A DNA stretch of 58,210 nucleotides, filler included, from Sanchytrium tribonematis (GCA_018985235.1; 4 parts of 4 records of this genome joined end to end with filler, not necessarily neighbours in it); one strand, 5' to 3'. Positions 44,037 through 53,990 are shown, numbered from the whole stretch's first letter. Program-made: numbers and translations. Notes: generated from the letters alone by a model not told the origin.

Positions 44037-45437
44037 TTATTGAGTTAACCAGTCCAAATGGCAATGTTCTTCTGCTTCCATTCCAATCAACATTCTTAAA
44101 AATGTGACAATCCCACTACGCTGTGAATTTAATGCATTAATCACTGGTCCCTTGTAGATACTAGGTGCTTTCAATAAAAATGCCAACATCCCACTCAAAC
44201 ATGGCGATAATGGCAAATAATCGCCATCCAATTGATATTCAATTCTACTCAATAATTCGCTGAATAAACACAAATCAATCATCAATGGGGCTGCTAATAA
44301 TGAATCTTCACAAATATTGTTGATAAATATGGTAGATTTGCCACCCATGAATAGCTCAGAGTAATATTCGTCCATGGCTCTTTTGGCATCTCCTACTGCC
44401 GGAACATGCTTAATCACAACAACATGGTCAATTTCTTGATGACCAGATGGATATAATACTGGATTACTATTAATCATGTCATCTACAACATTGGATTTGC
44501 TAATGCCTGCATTAATCAAAAAATCCACTAATACGCTTTTCAACTTTGTTTGACCTGATTTGAAGTCATCTCCAGCTACAAATGATTGGTGCTGATTTGC
44601 CAATTCTAAAATGGCATCATTTAGAGTATTTTGGGGAGATCCATTGATAAATATGGCATTTTCGAGGATACTAGCTACTGCAAATATGGTAGATGGAGCT
44701 ATCTCAGAGTGATTATTTTCGATTGATTTTAATAAATTGGAAGCTGAGTCATTAACACCAGGGATGATCTCTGAGAATCTTTCTGTAGAAGCAGTCCATA
44801 ACACAATGACTTTATCCAACTTGTGCTGCTCTTTAAATGTCTGGATATCTTTTCTGATTTGTTGTAAATCTGCTTGTTTATCGGGATTTTTTAAATCATT
44901 AAATTGGTGATTGCATCTCGCATTTTGATTATCTGCATAAAATGATGGATAGAAGACTGATTTCATGGGATGAATCTCTTTTAAATGGGGCAATTGGTTG
45001 ATTAAATCAGGTTCTAAAACATGATTTGCAAATAAAGAATCTTGAATATTTTGATTGACAATGTCCCATCCAGAGATGATCAAGCTATTTGGATCCATCA
45101 TTGGTACTAACTGATTTAATGGCTTGAATATAGGACCATCTGCTGTCTCAATTCTAGTCGTAGAACTCATAAATAAAGATCCATAATAATTTGAGGATTG
45201 TTTGCCATTTTTAGTTTGAAATGACAATCCACGCTTATTCGCTTCAATACCTGCTAATAATGTAGATCCATTATTACCACATAGGCCAACCAGCAATAAT
45301 CCAGTTTTTTGTGGATTTGGATTCGTTTTGAATTGTACTGTCTTAGAGGTCTTTGTGGATTCCCAAATGGGTTCTTTGACTTGATATTGATGCCAGGTGT
45401 GTTTTGAATGTATCATTGTATTTTTGGGGATATTCAT
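44037..45437 (-). CDS. INO1: Myo-inositol-1-phosphate synthase homolog with internal in-frame deletion (possibly inactive)
   Basis: GLCGNNGST, LWTASTERF, FINGSPQNT, GDDFKSGQTKLKS, VGDAKRAMDEY, CEDSLLAAPL. The SYNHLGNNDG block is missing. Confidence 0.9.
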   Translation of the reverse strand: MNIPKNTMIHSKHTWHQYQVKEPIWESTKTSKTVQFKTNPNPQKTGLLLVGLCGNNGSTLLAGIEANKRGLSFQTKNGKQSSNYYGSLFMSSTTRIETADGPIFKPLNQLVPMMDPNSLIISGWDIVNQNIQDSLFANHVLEPDLINQLPHLKEIHPMKSVFYPSFYADNQNARCNHQFNDLKNPDKQADLQQIRKDIQTFKEQHKLDKVIVLWTASTERFSEIIPGVNDSASNLLKSIENNHSEIAPSTIFAVASILENAIFINGSPQNTLNDAILELANQHQSFVAGDDFKSGQTKLKSVLVDFLINAGISKSNVVDDMINSNPVLYPSGHQEIDHVVVIKHVPAVGDAKRAMDEYYSELFMGGKSTIFINNICEDSLLAAPLMIDLCLFSELLSRIEYQLDGDYLPLSPCLSGMLAFLLKAPSIYKGPVINALNSQRSGIVTFLRMLIGMEAEEHCHLDWLTQ

Positions 45438-45776
45438 TTGTATTTGTTTGATCCGGATTGAAAAAGAGCCAATCAAAATTACTTGTAGAAATCACTCTGA
45501 AACCCTCTATAATTGTTTATTATTAGTCCAATATGGCTCTTTCATGATATTCTTATAATTGCATTCTTCAATCGAGCATTGTAAATGTAATAATTGATTA
45601 ATATGGAAGATCTGGGATGTTTTGCATAATGTCAATCACCGTGCAGCTCTACATTAGCATCTGTGATTGGGTGTTAGAAAAAGAAGCTGCTGTGATTCGA
45701 TCTGCGAAATTATTTTGTCTTAAAATGTCTGCGACTCAATTTAAAAGTAGACATTCCGCATAACCCATTTAAGGAG

Positions 45777-46139
45777 ATGCTTTTTCTAATTTTATTAATC
45801 TTAAGAGCAATGACACCGGAAGACAATCGACTCAAATTTCATAAACAACAAAGAGGGACACCAGCAAAACAATCACCTCACTCAGCACAAAATGCAGAGA
45901 CATTAAACACATTGGCACTCAACCAGCTATACGACAGATACAACAGCGAATTAAATGGCCACCCAACTTCCGACATCCATGACAAAATTCAACAATTATT
46001 AGATTTCCAAAGAGTAAAGAGGTCATCTCTTCATGGTGAGCATCTCCAACGTTTCGACAGTGAATTCAATGCATTAAATCCATTCATAGTGAGAGACCTC
46101 AAATCTAAAATCAATTGGCATAACACCAGAACACGTTGA
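45777..46139 (+). CDS. Small secreted-type ORF; possibly the 5' part of a transposon-interrupted protease gene
   Basis: MLFLILLILRA signal, RVKR processing site; ends just before the transposase. Confidence 0.45.
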   Translation: MLFLILLILRAMTPEDNRLKFHKQQRGTPAKQSPHSAQNAETLNTLALNQLYDRYNSELNGHPTSDIHDKIQQLLDFQRVKRSSLHGEHLQRFDSEFNALNPFIVRDLKSKINWHNTRTR

Positions 46140-46225
46140 TAAAACAATTCAAAACATTGATAAGTTTCGGATTGATTCACGTGTGTAGCACGTACTCCTC
46201 GCTTTCCATATGCCCCCTTGAGGCT

Positions 46226-47444
46226 ATGAGTTCAAATATGGAAGAAATGGAATTAAATAAATCCATTTTGAACGATGTTAAAGCTCTTATGGCTGTGAAT
46301 GATCCACGGGGCATTGTTGATCTATTGCAAAATATCTTTTTCAAAGAAGCATTATGCCCCAAAGATCAAACTCATGGCCAACTAAATTTATACAACTGTA
46401 ATACAGGAAAGAGACCAGACGGAAAATACTGGTCCTGCAAAAGGTGCAGAACATTTGTCTCCGTTCGTGCAGGATCTCTGTTTTTACATTGTAAATTGCC
46501 GTTGAATGAGTGTCTTATATTATTAAAGCTGTTTTATCTTAATACAACACCTAAAATAGCTACAAGAATCATGAATATAAATGAAAAAACTGTTCTCAAA
46601 TATTATAAATTATTTCGAATATATCAAGAAGAGTCATTCAAGCAATTGATGACACCCTTGGGTGGTATTAATGGAGAAGTAGAAATTGACGAGGCAATTT
46701 TCCGTAAAAGGAAGTATAATAGAGGTCGATTAAAGGTTACTTTCTGGATTTTGGGTATTGTTTGCCGTAAGACAAAACGGATTATTACTGTGCCAGTTTT
46801 GAATAGAAAAAAAAGCACAATGATGTATTTTATAACCAAATTAGTTCTTCCTGGCACAACTATTTATACTGATTCTTATAAATCATATAATTGGATCTCA
46901 TTGCATGAAAATAATTACACTCATTTCACAATAAATCACAGTAAAAAGGGTGTCGGACGATTTGTAAACCCAGATGCTCCACATATTAAAACGCAATTAA
47001 TTGAGTGTATGTGGAAACATTTGAGATCCAGTCTTCCAAAAAATGGTGCAAGATTTCACACAATTGATCAATATTTGTATGATTTTATGTTTCGACGTCA
47101 ATTTGACGACAAATCTGGTAACAAAAATGAGTTAAATGATATTTATTTGAATTATTTACAAGCACTACTTAGTGCATATCCCTCTGGAGTGAAAAATGAT
47201 GCATTGGCAAATGGCCAAAACTTTGAGTTTTTCGAGCATTGGTACTTGATAAAATGTATTTATTGTTAACAAAGCACTTGTAGCAGAAGGCATTTCTTTC
47301 AATGGATCTGGAATTAATGTAGTCGATGGGGAAATGGTACCAGCAAATGATTCGGACTTAGAATTCTCAGACATCGAAGACATTTTGGTACAAAATTTAA
47401 ACGAAATGTCAGTTAATAATGATATTCTCGATGATAATCAATAA
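46226..47444 (+). mobile_element. Merlin-superfamily (IS1595/ISXO2-like) DDE transposase; predicted exons 46226-47255 and 47275-47444
   Basis: Zn ribbon (CPKD..WSCKRC), SVRAGSLF, HTH region, LGG..VEIDEA, RKYNRGR, IYTDSYKSY, H.TINHS, TQLIECMW. No terminal inverted repeats found by eye. Confidence 0.9.
47256..47274 (+). other. Probable 19-nt intron GTATTTATTGTTAACAAAG (phase 1) in the transposase
   Basis: Matches the host intron consensus and contains the stop. Removal adds a 56-aa acidic tail ending in TAA within AATAAA. Confidence 0.7.
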
Positions 47445-48122
47445 ATCTTTTGTTTAAATTCAATTTTTCCTAATTTTAAAATTTTTAACTTTGAACCACG
47501 ATTCTTACTTTCAACTTCGATAAATTTACAGTTTTTATTTCAAATTCACAAATTGTACATTGAATGCATCATTTGTAATAATTTAAATTGTCTCTAATGT
47601 AATTTTTGAGTGAAACAAATAAGGATTATTGTATCTCCTTTTTACCCCCTTTCTTGTATTCAATAATTTGACAAATGTTTAGTTATTAGTGAAGACAGAT
47701 AGAGCATAAAAAGCTGTACATGATACGTTAATAAATATTGTAATTTATTCCTTTTATGGGTGTACAATGGTGGATCATTGACAAAACATGTTTAAATTTT
47801 GCAACATTTGCAATTGACTTATTCCAAATTTTATAAGCATCAATAGCTTATATGCTATATGTATACTAGTACCATTTGATAGAGAATCTTTTACAGATTC
47901 TAAAAATATAGCACATCGATGGTGTAGCTTATAAAATGAAGTGGCAAATGTGGATAGAAATTAGGTATTATTAAACAAGGAGTATACGTCCGTCTTATGG
48001 AACCAATGAAGAGTATTAAATAAAAATAACGCTTTATACCAATCATTTATTTGTTTTTCTGGACCCAATAGCCTTTTGCCAACGTTTTTGATGACCTGGG
48101 GAAGATCAGGAGGTTCCCCTAA

Positions 48123-48347
48123 TTTCTCCTATCAACTCGTTCTACCTTTATACCAACAAATGGAATGATACCCTCGTATGAATGGAAATGCGATACTCAA
48201 GTCAAAACATGTTCCAAATCCAGTGAAAACGATTTAACAGATAATATTATGGATTATAATCGATGCCCTCAAAGATTCACCCCATTACAGCAATTGAGAA
48301 TGATGAATTATGCTTACTTTAGAATCAAAAAGACGCTAATAAATTAG
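48123..48347 (+). pseudogene. C-terminal remnant of an M43 metalloprotease
   Basis: TC..DLTDNIMDY..RFTPLQQLRM Met-turn region; in-frame TAA at 48120 upstream and no HExxH. Confidence 0.65.
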
Positions 48348-48425
48348 AAATCGTTGCACATGTTTACCCCACTCTTACCCAAAACATTCGGGGTTCTCTA
48401 TTTCCCTCCGTCAAACAATATTCTA

Positions 48426-49751
48426 ATGGACGATTTCAGTAAGATATTATCCTCATTATCCGTAAATACAACCCAATTACGCACCATCCAAGAAGGCATG
48501 ATGACAGAAATGCAACTTGGATTATCCAATCAAAAGGAAGGATTAAAAATGCTGCCATCCTATTTATTTAATATCCCAACTGGTAATGAAAATGGCACTT
48601 ATATTGCATTAGATTTAGGTGGTACCAATTTCAGAGTTGTCCAAGTGGATTTATTAGGAAATGGGCAATTAAAAACAGAATATTTAAAATATACGATCCC
48701 AGATCACTTAAAAATCTCTAATGGTGATTTATTATTTGACTTCATCGCCGAATGCGTCAAAGATTTTCTGATTAAACAGCAATTACATCAAGAAGATCAA
48801 TTTTTAGGTTTCACTTTTAGTTTCCCATGTCAACAAATCCATATTAACAAGGCAGTTTTATTGCACTGGGCCAAAGGATTTACTGCAGATGGCGTGGAAG
48901 GCAAAGATGTCGTGGAAATATTACATCAAGCATTTATTCGTAAAAATGTGAATATTCATTGTAAAGCCGTGATAAATGACACTGTAGGGACATTACTAGC
49001 ACATGCATATAAATCACCAAACAGTAAAATAGGCGTAATCCTCGGAACTGGCTCAAATGCTGCTTATATTGAGAAATGCACTAAAATGACTAAAAATCAA
49101 CAAATTAGTGAATTAGATGGACATGTGCTTGTGAATATTGAATGGGGCGCCTTTGGAGATAACGACAAGTACCTCCCAATTACAAAATACGATGAATTGT
49201 TGGATTTATCAACTCCAAAGCCAAAACAACATAAATTTGAAAAAATGGTATCTGGTATGTACTTGGGTGAATTGATGAGACTGGTCATGGTTGATTTAAT
49301 CCATTTAAAAGTGATTTTTGGAGGGAAGAGCTCTGAAACTATAAAAACCCCTTGGAGTTTTCCAACAAAATACTTGAGTGAAATGGAGTCTGATTTTTCA
49401 CCAGATTATCAAATAGTGGATAAAATATTAAATGATTGCCATTTAGCATCATCAACCGTGCAAGAAAGACAGATTATTAAAGCCATTGGACAGCAAATTG
49501 GGACCAGATCAGCAAGAATGGCTGGTGCTGCCATGGCTGGTGTTTTAGTGGAATCAGGATGTCTACAGAGCAATGAAGTAGTTGTGATTGCAATAGATGG
49601 TAGTTTATTTGAATATTATCCAAATTATCAATTTAGAATTGAAGCTGCTTTGCGGGAATTGCTAGGAGAAAAATCAAATTTGGTGAAATTAGAATTGGCG
49701 AGAGATGGAAGCAGTGTGGGTGCCGCATTGGGGAGTGTCATGGCGAAATAA
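48426..49751 (+). CDS. Hexokinase
   Basis: LKMLPSY, ALDLGGTNFRV, LGFTFSFP, WAKGF, INDTVGTL, ILGTGSNAAY, NIEWGAF, FEKMVSGMYLGE, DGSLFE, DGSSVGAA. Confidence 0.96.
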   Translation: MDDFSKILSSLSVNTTQLRTIQEGMMTEMQLGLSNQKEGLKMLPSYLFNIPTGNENGTYIALDLGGTNFRVVQVDLLGNGQLKTEYLKYTIPDHLKISNGDLLFDFIAECVKDFLIKQQLHQEDQFLGFTFSFPCQQIHINKAVLLHWAKGFTADGVEGKDVVEILHQAFIRKNVNIHCKAVINDTVGTLLAHAYKSPNSKIGVILGTGSNAAYIEKCTKMTKNQQISELDGHVLVNIEWGAFGDNDKYLPITKYDELLDLSTPKPKQHKFEKMVSGMYLGELMRLVMVDLIHLKVIFGGKSSETIKTPWSFPTKYLSEMESDFSPDYQIVDKILNDCHLASSTVQERQIIKAIGQQIGTRSARMAGAAMAGVLVESGCLQSNEVVVIAIDGSLFEYYPNYQFRIEAALRELLGEKSNLVKLELARDGSSVGAALGSVMAK

Positions 49752-49837
49752 AACAATTGATTTCACAGCATTGGCTTTAAATATTTAGACACCATCTGTT
49801 GATTTTTGTGTTTTAGGTGCTCTAAAAATTTGAAAGA

Positions 49838-50029
49838 ATGATTGAATTGGTTTTTGCATTTATTATTACATTTCTAGGTACCATTGGTAAAATAATTGAT
49901 GAAATGAGTGATAAAATGAGCCATGAATTTCAAGAATTGAAGAAAAGAAAGAGTATACAAATTGAGGCACAAAATCAACAAATCATAAATTTAAACCAAC
50001 AATTATTCGATCTATTTAAAAATCAATAA
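49838..50029 (+). CDS. Hypothetical 63-aa protein (N-terminal TM + coiled coil)
   Basis: ATG ORF with hydrophobic start; AATAAA overlaps the stop. Confidence 0.4.
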   Translation: MIELVFAFIITFLGTIGKIIDEMSDKMSHEFQELKKRKSIQIEAQNQQIINLNQQLFDLFKNQ

Positions 50030-50038
50030 AGAATCTAT

Positions 50039-50620
50039 TTATTGCAATGATTTGCACTCATTTTGGTCAAAGTAATGTACTGCTTTCGAGTAAACTGGAA
50101 AAGCATCAAAAATCTCGGTGATTTTCAATTTTAAACTTTCAACTTGCATTTCAGTGGGCTTATTCTTTGTCAATACTTGCACAACTTCGATCTTCTTAAC
50201 GGCTAATGAAGCACATTGATAATAAATGATTTCTTCATAAACTCCATTCACTTCTTTGAAATAAACAGCTGTATTGTCAAAATCAAATGGTGTTTTAATG
50301 ACAACGTCGTCCTTCAAGTTATTGAAATGGAAAATACTGGTGACATTTGTCATTTTAGTGATTCCTTTTTCAACATAGACTTCATCGTATTTTGTGGTTG
50401 AGTCAGCCCACGCTCCTAAATATTGACATTTAGCATGAAATGCACTACTGGATGGATGTATTTCCAAGTATGGACACAAACAACCCTTTTGAAAAGGATC
50501 TTGAGCAAATGGCTGATAATAAAACCCTTGTGCTTTAGAAGCATCAAAATTCTCAACTTTCATTTCTTGCAATTGGGTCAATTTAGGGCATCCTGCAATG
50601 ACTACAGAAGTAAACAACAT
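50039..50620 (-). CDS. Secreted lipocalin-like protein
   Basis: Signal MLFTSVVIAG, then CP..VENFDASKAQGFYY (variant of the lipocalin FD..GxWY motif), IIYYQC..VQVLTK, terminal Cys. Confidence 0.55.
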   Translation of the reverse strand: MLFTSVVIAGCPKLTQLQEMKVENFDASKAQGFYYQPFAQDPFQKGCLCPYLEIHPSSSAFHAKCQYLGAWADSTTKYDEVYVEKGITKMTNVTSIFHFNNLKDDVVIKTPFDFDNTAVYFKEVNGVYEEIIYYQCASLAVKKIEVVQVLTKNKPTEMQVESLKLKITEIFDAFPVYSKAVHYFDQNECKSLQ

Positions 50621-50873
50621 GATCAAAATTGCATCAGAGTCTTTTAAAGGTATGTATTTGCCCATTTAAGTGCCATGGCTAAAATTGGCAAAATAAATAT
50701 TTTTTCATACGACAGAGTGCAATGGCTATTTCATGCCTTTTCAACTCACAAGTTGAACTATGGAATCGTCAGGTTTTTATATAGCTAGTACACCTTTTTA
50801 AATGCTTGACAAAATAAGATTTGAGATCCGCCATGGCTATTTATCCAAAATACTCATTTATTTACAATATAAC

Positions 50874-52374
50874 CTATTGAACCATTTCCAAATAAGCTGT
50901 GGGTACTAGACCTTCTCTCCCATGACTCTTTGCCATGGTCCATCCATTCCCTAAATTCTCTAATATTTCCACAGTTTCTGACACATCCAAACTCAATTCA
51001 TCATCCTGTTTTGAAGCAAAAGCGTATTTCATTTTAGCATGTGCTACCTCATTAGTAAAAATACTATCCATAGAAGTAGCTGATTTTAATTTATCAGCAG
51101 AATTTTGTGATTTCTGTGATATCTGAGATTTCTGCACTTCGCTAGATGATTTCCTGGTTGAAATAGATGGGCTAATTTGTGGTGGATAATAGTGTACCAA
51201 TAAACTATTTCTGTTCATTGACATGGACTGTCTAGGAGTCATAAATTGAGAAGGCGGCATTGAATTTGGCTGAGATACATAAAGCGTATCTTGACGAACT
51301 AATTGCGGCTTATCTAAATAAATAGGAATGACCTTGAATAGATTGCATAATCTCATTTGGATTGGCTTCTCCCAAAACCAATAATTTTTGAATTTTCAAA
51401 ACAGTGCTTGAAACTTGAATTTCAATTTCCCTCCATTTTAATTGCTCTGATGCATTAGATTTCATTTTATCCTGTAATCTCATACCTTCTACGGATAAAT
51501 TATTACTATAAGCACTTAATTGCTCAAATAGATCATTAGATTGGCTTTTTAAACAGAAAGTGTAGTAATAATTGTAAATTTCATCTAATTTAGAAAGAAT
51601 CTCATCTTCTAATGTTGTCTCCATGGATGATTTATCAATTATTGACTCTTTTACCAAATCTTCCTTGAAATTATAATTTTTGACACAAATCTTCAAATAT
51701 CTTTCTAAAACACTCATAAATGCATCATTTATATTCGAATCTATAGCCACCAAATCCACCTGATTAAGCAATAGAAGTCGTGTATATGCTTCAGTCAATG
51801 TAATCAAGTATTTCGAGCATGTCTTTTCCACTTCATTTCGATCTTTCCAAGATTCTCCAACAATTTGATGGCTCAAACTAGTAGATTCCCTCTTGAATTT
51901 ACTCTTTAACTTGTTTAATACTGTTTTCTTGCGTTGTAATGTATTCAAATTGCTCTCAAATTGAGTTTTACTTCGTTTGAAACTCTTTTCCAATATTTCA
52001 CATGATTTAAACAGATTATTAATTTCTTGCTGCTGTTTACTCAAATGTTGCATACTCATCATTGATTTAGTTCTATGATTTAACAATAAGCTCTGAATAT
52101 CTTCAGCACACGTATTCAAATTGGTAGAGCTCTGATTATGCTGATTGACTTCATTATACAATGAATTCTCCACTTGCTCCATCCCATTCATATTAGAATG
52201 CCTTAAAGAGGTCAAAATCCCATTGAGTGAGTTGGAATAATCCTTTTCAATATTGGATTTTAAAGCAATAAACTTGCTAAAGGTTAACAGGCTCTTTTCT
52301 TGTTCCATAGACTTGTCCCTTATCTTATCTTCTTGATTCTTAAAGTTCTTGATCAGCTTCTTTCTTACAGACAT
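50874..52374 (-). CDS. F-BAR/FCH + SH3 protein; exons 52374-51333 and 51313-50874
   Basis: FIALKSNIEKDYSNSL FCH-like helix; C-terminal SH3 (AKMKYAF..DDELSL..GNGWT..EGLVPTAYL). Confidence 0.8.
51314..51332 (-). other. 19-nt intron GTCATTCCTATTTATTTAG (phase 1)
   Basis: Joins the F-BAR ORF to the SH3 ORF in frame (QSIQ|DKPQ). Confidence 0.85.
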
Positions 52375-52447
52375 TCAAAAGTGGCTTGAAGAAAATAGAA
52401 AATATTTTTGAAACCAATTTGTCATGTGAATACGACGTCATTTATTT

Positions 52448-52738
52448 TTACCAGTGCCAATGCCAGTGGACTGTGTTCCAATAATCCCAGTCAAATGGTC
52501 TACAATATCTCCAATAATACCATGAATAGTAATCCCCTCTTCTGTGACCTCGTCTGTATCTTCTACACCATCTACGACGCCATCCCATGTCATATCTGTT
52601 CCAATCAGATTGTAATTTCGCATCTGTCACTTTAGGAGTAGGATCAGTTGATCCTGTGGGTGCTGGTGGCATTGCATTCATTGGAACTGTCGTAGGCGTG
52701 GCTGGTGCTGCCAATGCATAAATCAAACTCACTAGCAT
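52448..52738 (-). CDS. Small secreted protein with Trp/Arg/Tyr-rich C-terminus
   Basis: Signal MLVSLIYALA, P/T linker, then WRRRWCRRYRRGHRR..WYYWRYC..HWHWHW. Confidence 0.65.
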   Translation of the reverse strand: MLVSLIYALAAPATPTTVPMNAMPPAPTGSTDPTPKVTDAKLQSDWNRYDMGWRRRWCRRYRRGHRRGDYYSWYYWRYCRPFDWDYWNTVHWHWHW

Positions 52739-52866
52739 TTATTTCAAAGTGCAATCCCTCTTAAATACCATTTACTAGTCATTAGAGACAATTTTAAATG
52801 CCCTAATCCCCTAAAATACGTCTTCTTTCTAAAACTAGTTAAAATGGTTTCACTAATTTATTGACG

Positions 52867-53382
52867 TTATTGTTGTTGCTGTTGATCTTGCTTGCGTTGT
52901 TGTCTTGAGAAATTTAATCTAACAGTCTTTTCACCAATTTGCAAATCTGCATTTTTATCTAATGCGGATTTAGCTGCTTCTACTGACTCAAATTCAATAA
53001 ATCCAAATACTCCAGAAATATTCTTTAATAATCTCACATTTTTAGATTCTGGAAACAAATCTTTAACATTAGCAGAATGTACATTCTCTGGCAAATTTCC
53101 AATATACAATGTATCTGTAGGTGGCTGAGTGAAGGCACCAGTGGAACTACTATGGTCTACAACCACTTGATTACCGAATAAAGTAGGTGGGTTTTCAATA
53201 TAATGATCTGCTTCAGAATCCTTTTCAAAATGTGCAAATCCAAATCCCTTGCAGGTTCCATCTTGATGTTTTGGAAGATTCACGCGAGTTGCATTTGGAA
53301 ATATGGTTTGCAAGTCATTAATGGTTGTATTAAATGACAGTTTACCAACAAATACTGCTTTTTGAAAGAGAGGTCGGAACAT
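52867..53382 (-). CDS. Two-RRM RNA-binding protein (start uncertain; 53436 also possible)
   Basis: VFVGKL/KGFGFAHF and LYIGNL/VFGFIEF RNP2/RNP1 pairs. Confidence 0.85.
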   Translation of the reverse strand: MFRPLFQKAVFVGKLSFNTTINDLQTIFPNATRVNLPKHQDGTCKGFGFAHFEKDSEADHYIENPPTLFGNQVVVDHSSSTGAFTQPPTDTLYIGNLPENVHSANVKDLFPESKNVRLLKNISGVFGFIEFESVEAAKSALDKNADLQIGEKTVRLNFSRQQRKQDQQQQQ

Positions 53383-53469
53383 TTGTTTGATCCCCATCCT
53401 CCGTGAAAAAGAGATGACATCTCGATTGCGATCCATGATGCTACTTCGTTTCGCAATTCTAAATGTCGT

Positions 53470-53940
53470 TCCATTGACAATGTCTGCGCACCGTGTTTGC
53501 TTCCAATCATTTTTGGCCAAATATATATTATGCATCTTTTAAGAAGAATGATCCCATTTTATCAATGAGTTACATCTTCTTACTCTCTCCATTTGCGTCA
53601 GCACTACAGTCATGTGGTCATAATGCACATCCCTACACCACTTGTCCTGATGAAGTACCTTTTTGCAATGCCATAACAAACACTTGTTCCAAAAGCAACG
53701 TGAATTGTGCTAAACCATACAGTTTTGGAAAGACCTGCTCACCAATTGGAGGTCCGACTTTTTTGGGGTTTTTTGACTCTAAATTAGAATGCTCAAGAAC
53801 TTATCGTGAGTGTATTGTTGTTAATGACAAAAAAAAAGTTCAATGTCATCCAGAATAAATGAATTCAATCTCATTACTATGCCTTTATAAAAATCATCCA
53901 TTGACAGTGTCTGCGCACCGTGTTTGCATCCAATCATTTT
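53470..53940 (+). repeat. 44-bp direct repeat (53470-53513 and 53897-53940, 2 mismatches) upstream of the duplicated Cys-rich genes
   Basis: TCCATTGACA[A/G]TGTCTGCGCACCGTGTTTGC[T/A]TCCAATCATTTT; includes a CCAAT box. Confidence 0.9.
53565..53858 (+). CDS. Small secreted cysteine-rich protein, copy 1
   Basis: MSYIFLLS signal; CG..CPDEVPFC..TCSK..NCA..YSFG..C.PIGG..EC.R.Y.EC. Confidence 0.8.
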   Translation: MSYIFLLSPFASALQSCGHNAHPYTTCPDEVPFCNAITNTCSKSNVNCAKPYSFGKTCSPIGGPTFLGFFDSKLECSRTYRECIVVNDKKKVQCHPE

Positions 53941-53990
53941 AAATGAATTTCATTGGTGATTCATTTAAACAAATTAAACCCTATTGATCC

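Noticed and set aside
46130..48130. Terminal inverted repeats and target-site duplication for the Merlin element
   Set aside because: Only short imperfect matches (CGTACTCC vs GGAGTATACG); too weak to define ends.
8803..51332. Split ORFs read as pseudogene frameshifts, programmed frameshifting or stop-codon reassignment
   Set aside because: Each break is resolved by a consensus GT..AG 19/20-mer, and TAA/TAG/TGA end conserved proteins at expected positions, so the standard code fits.
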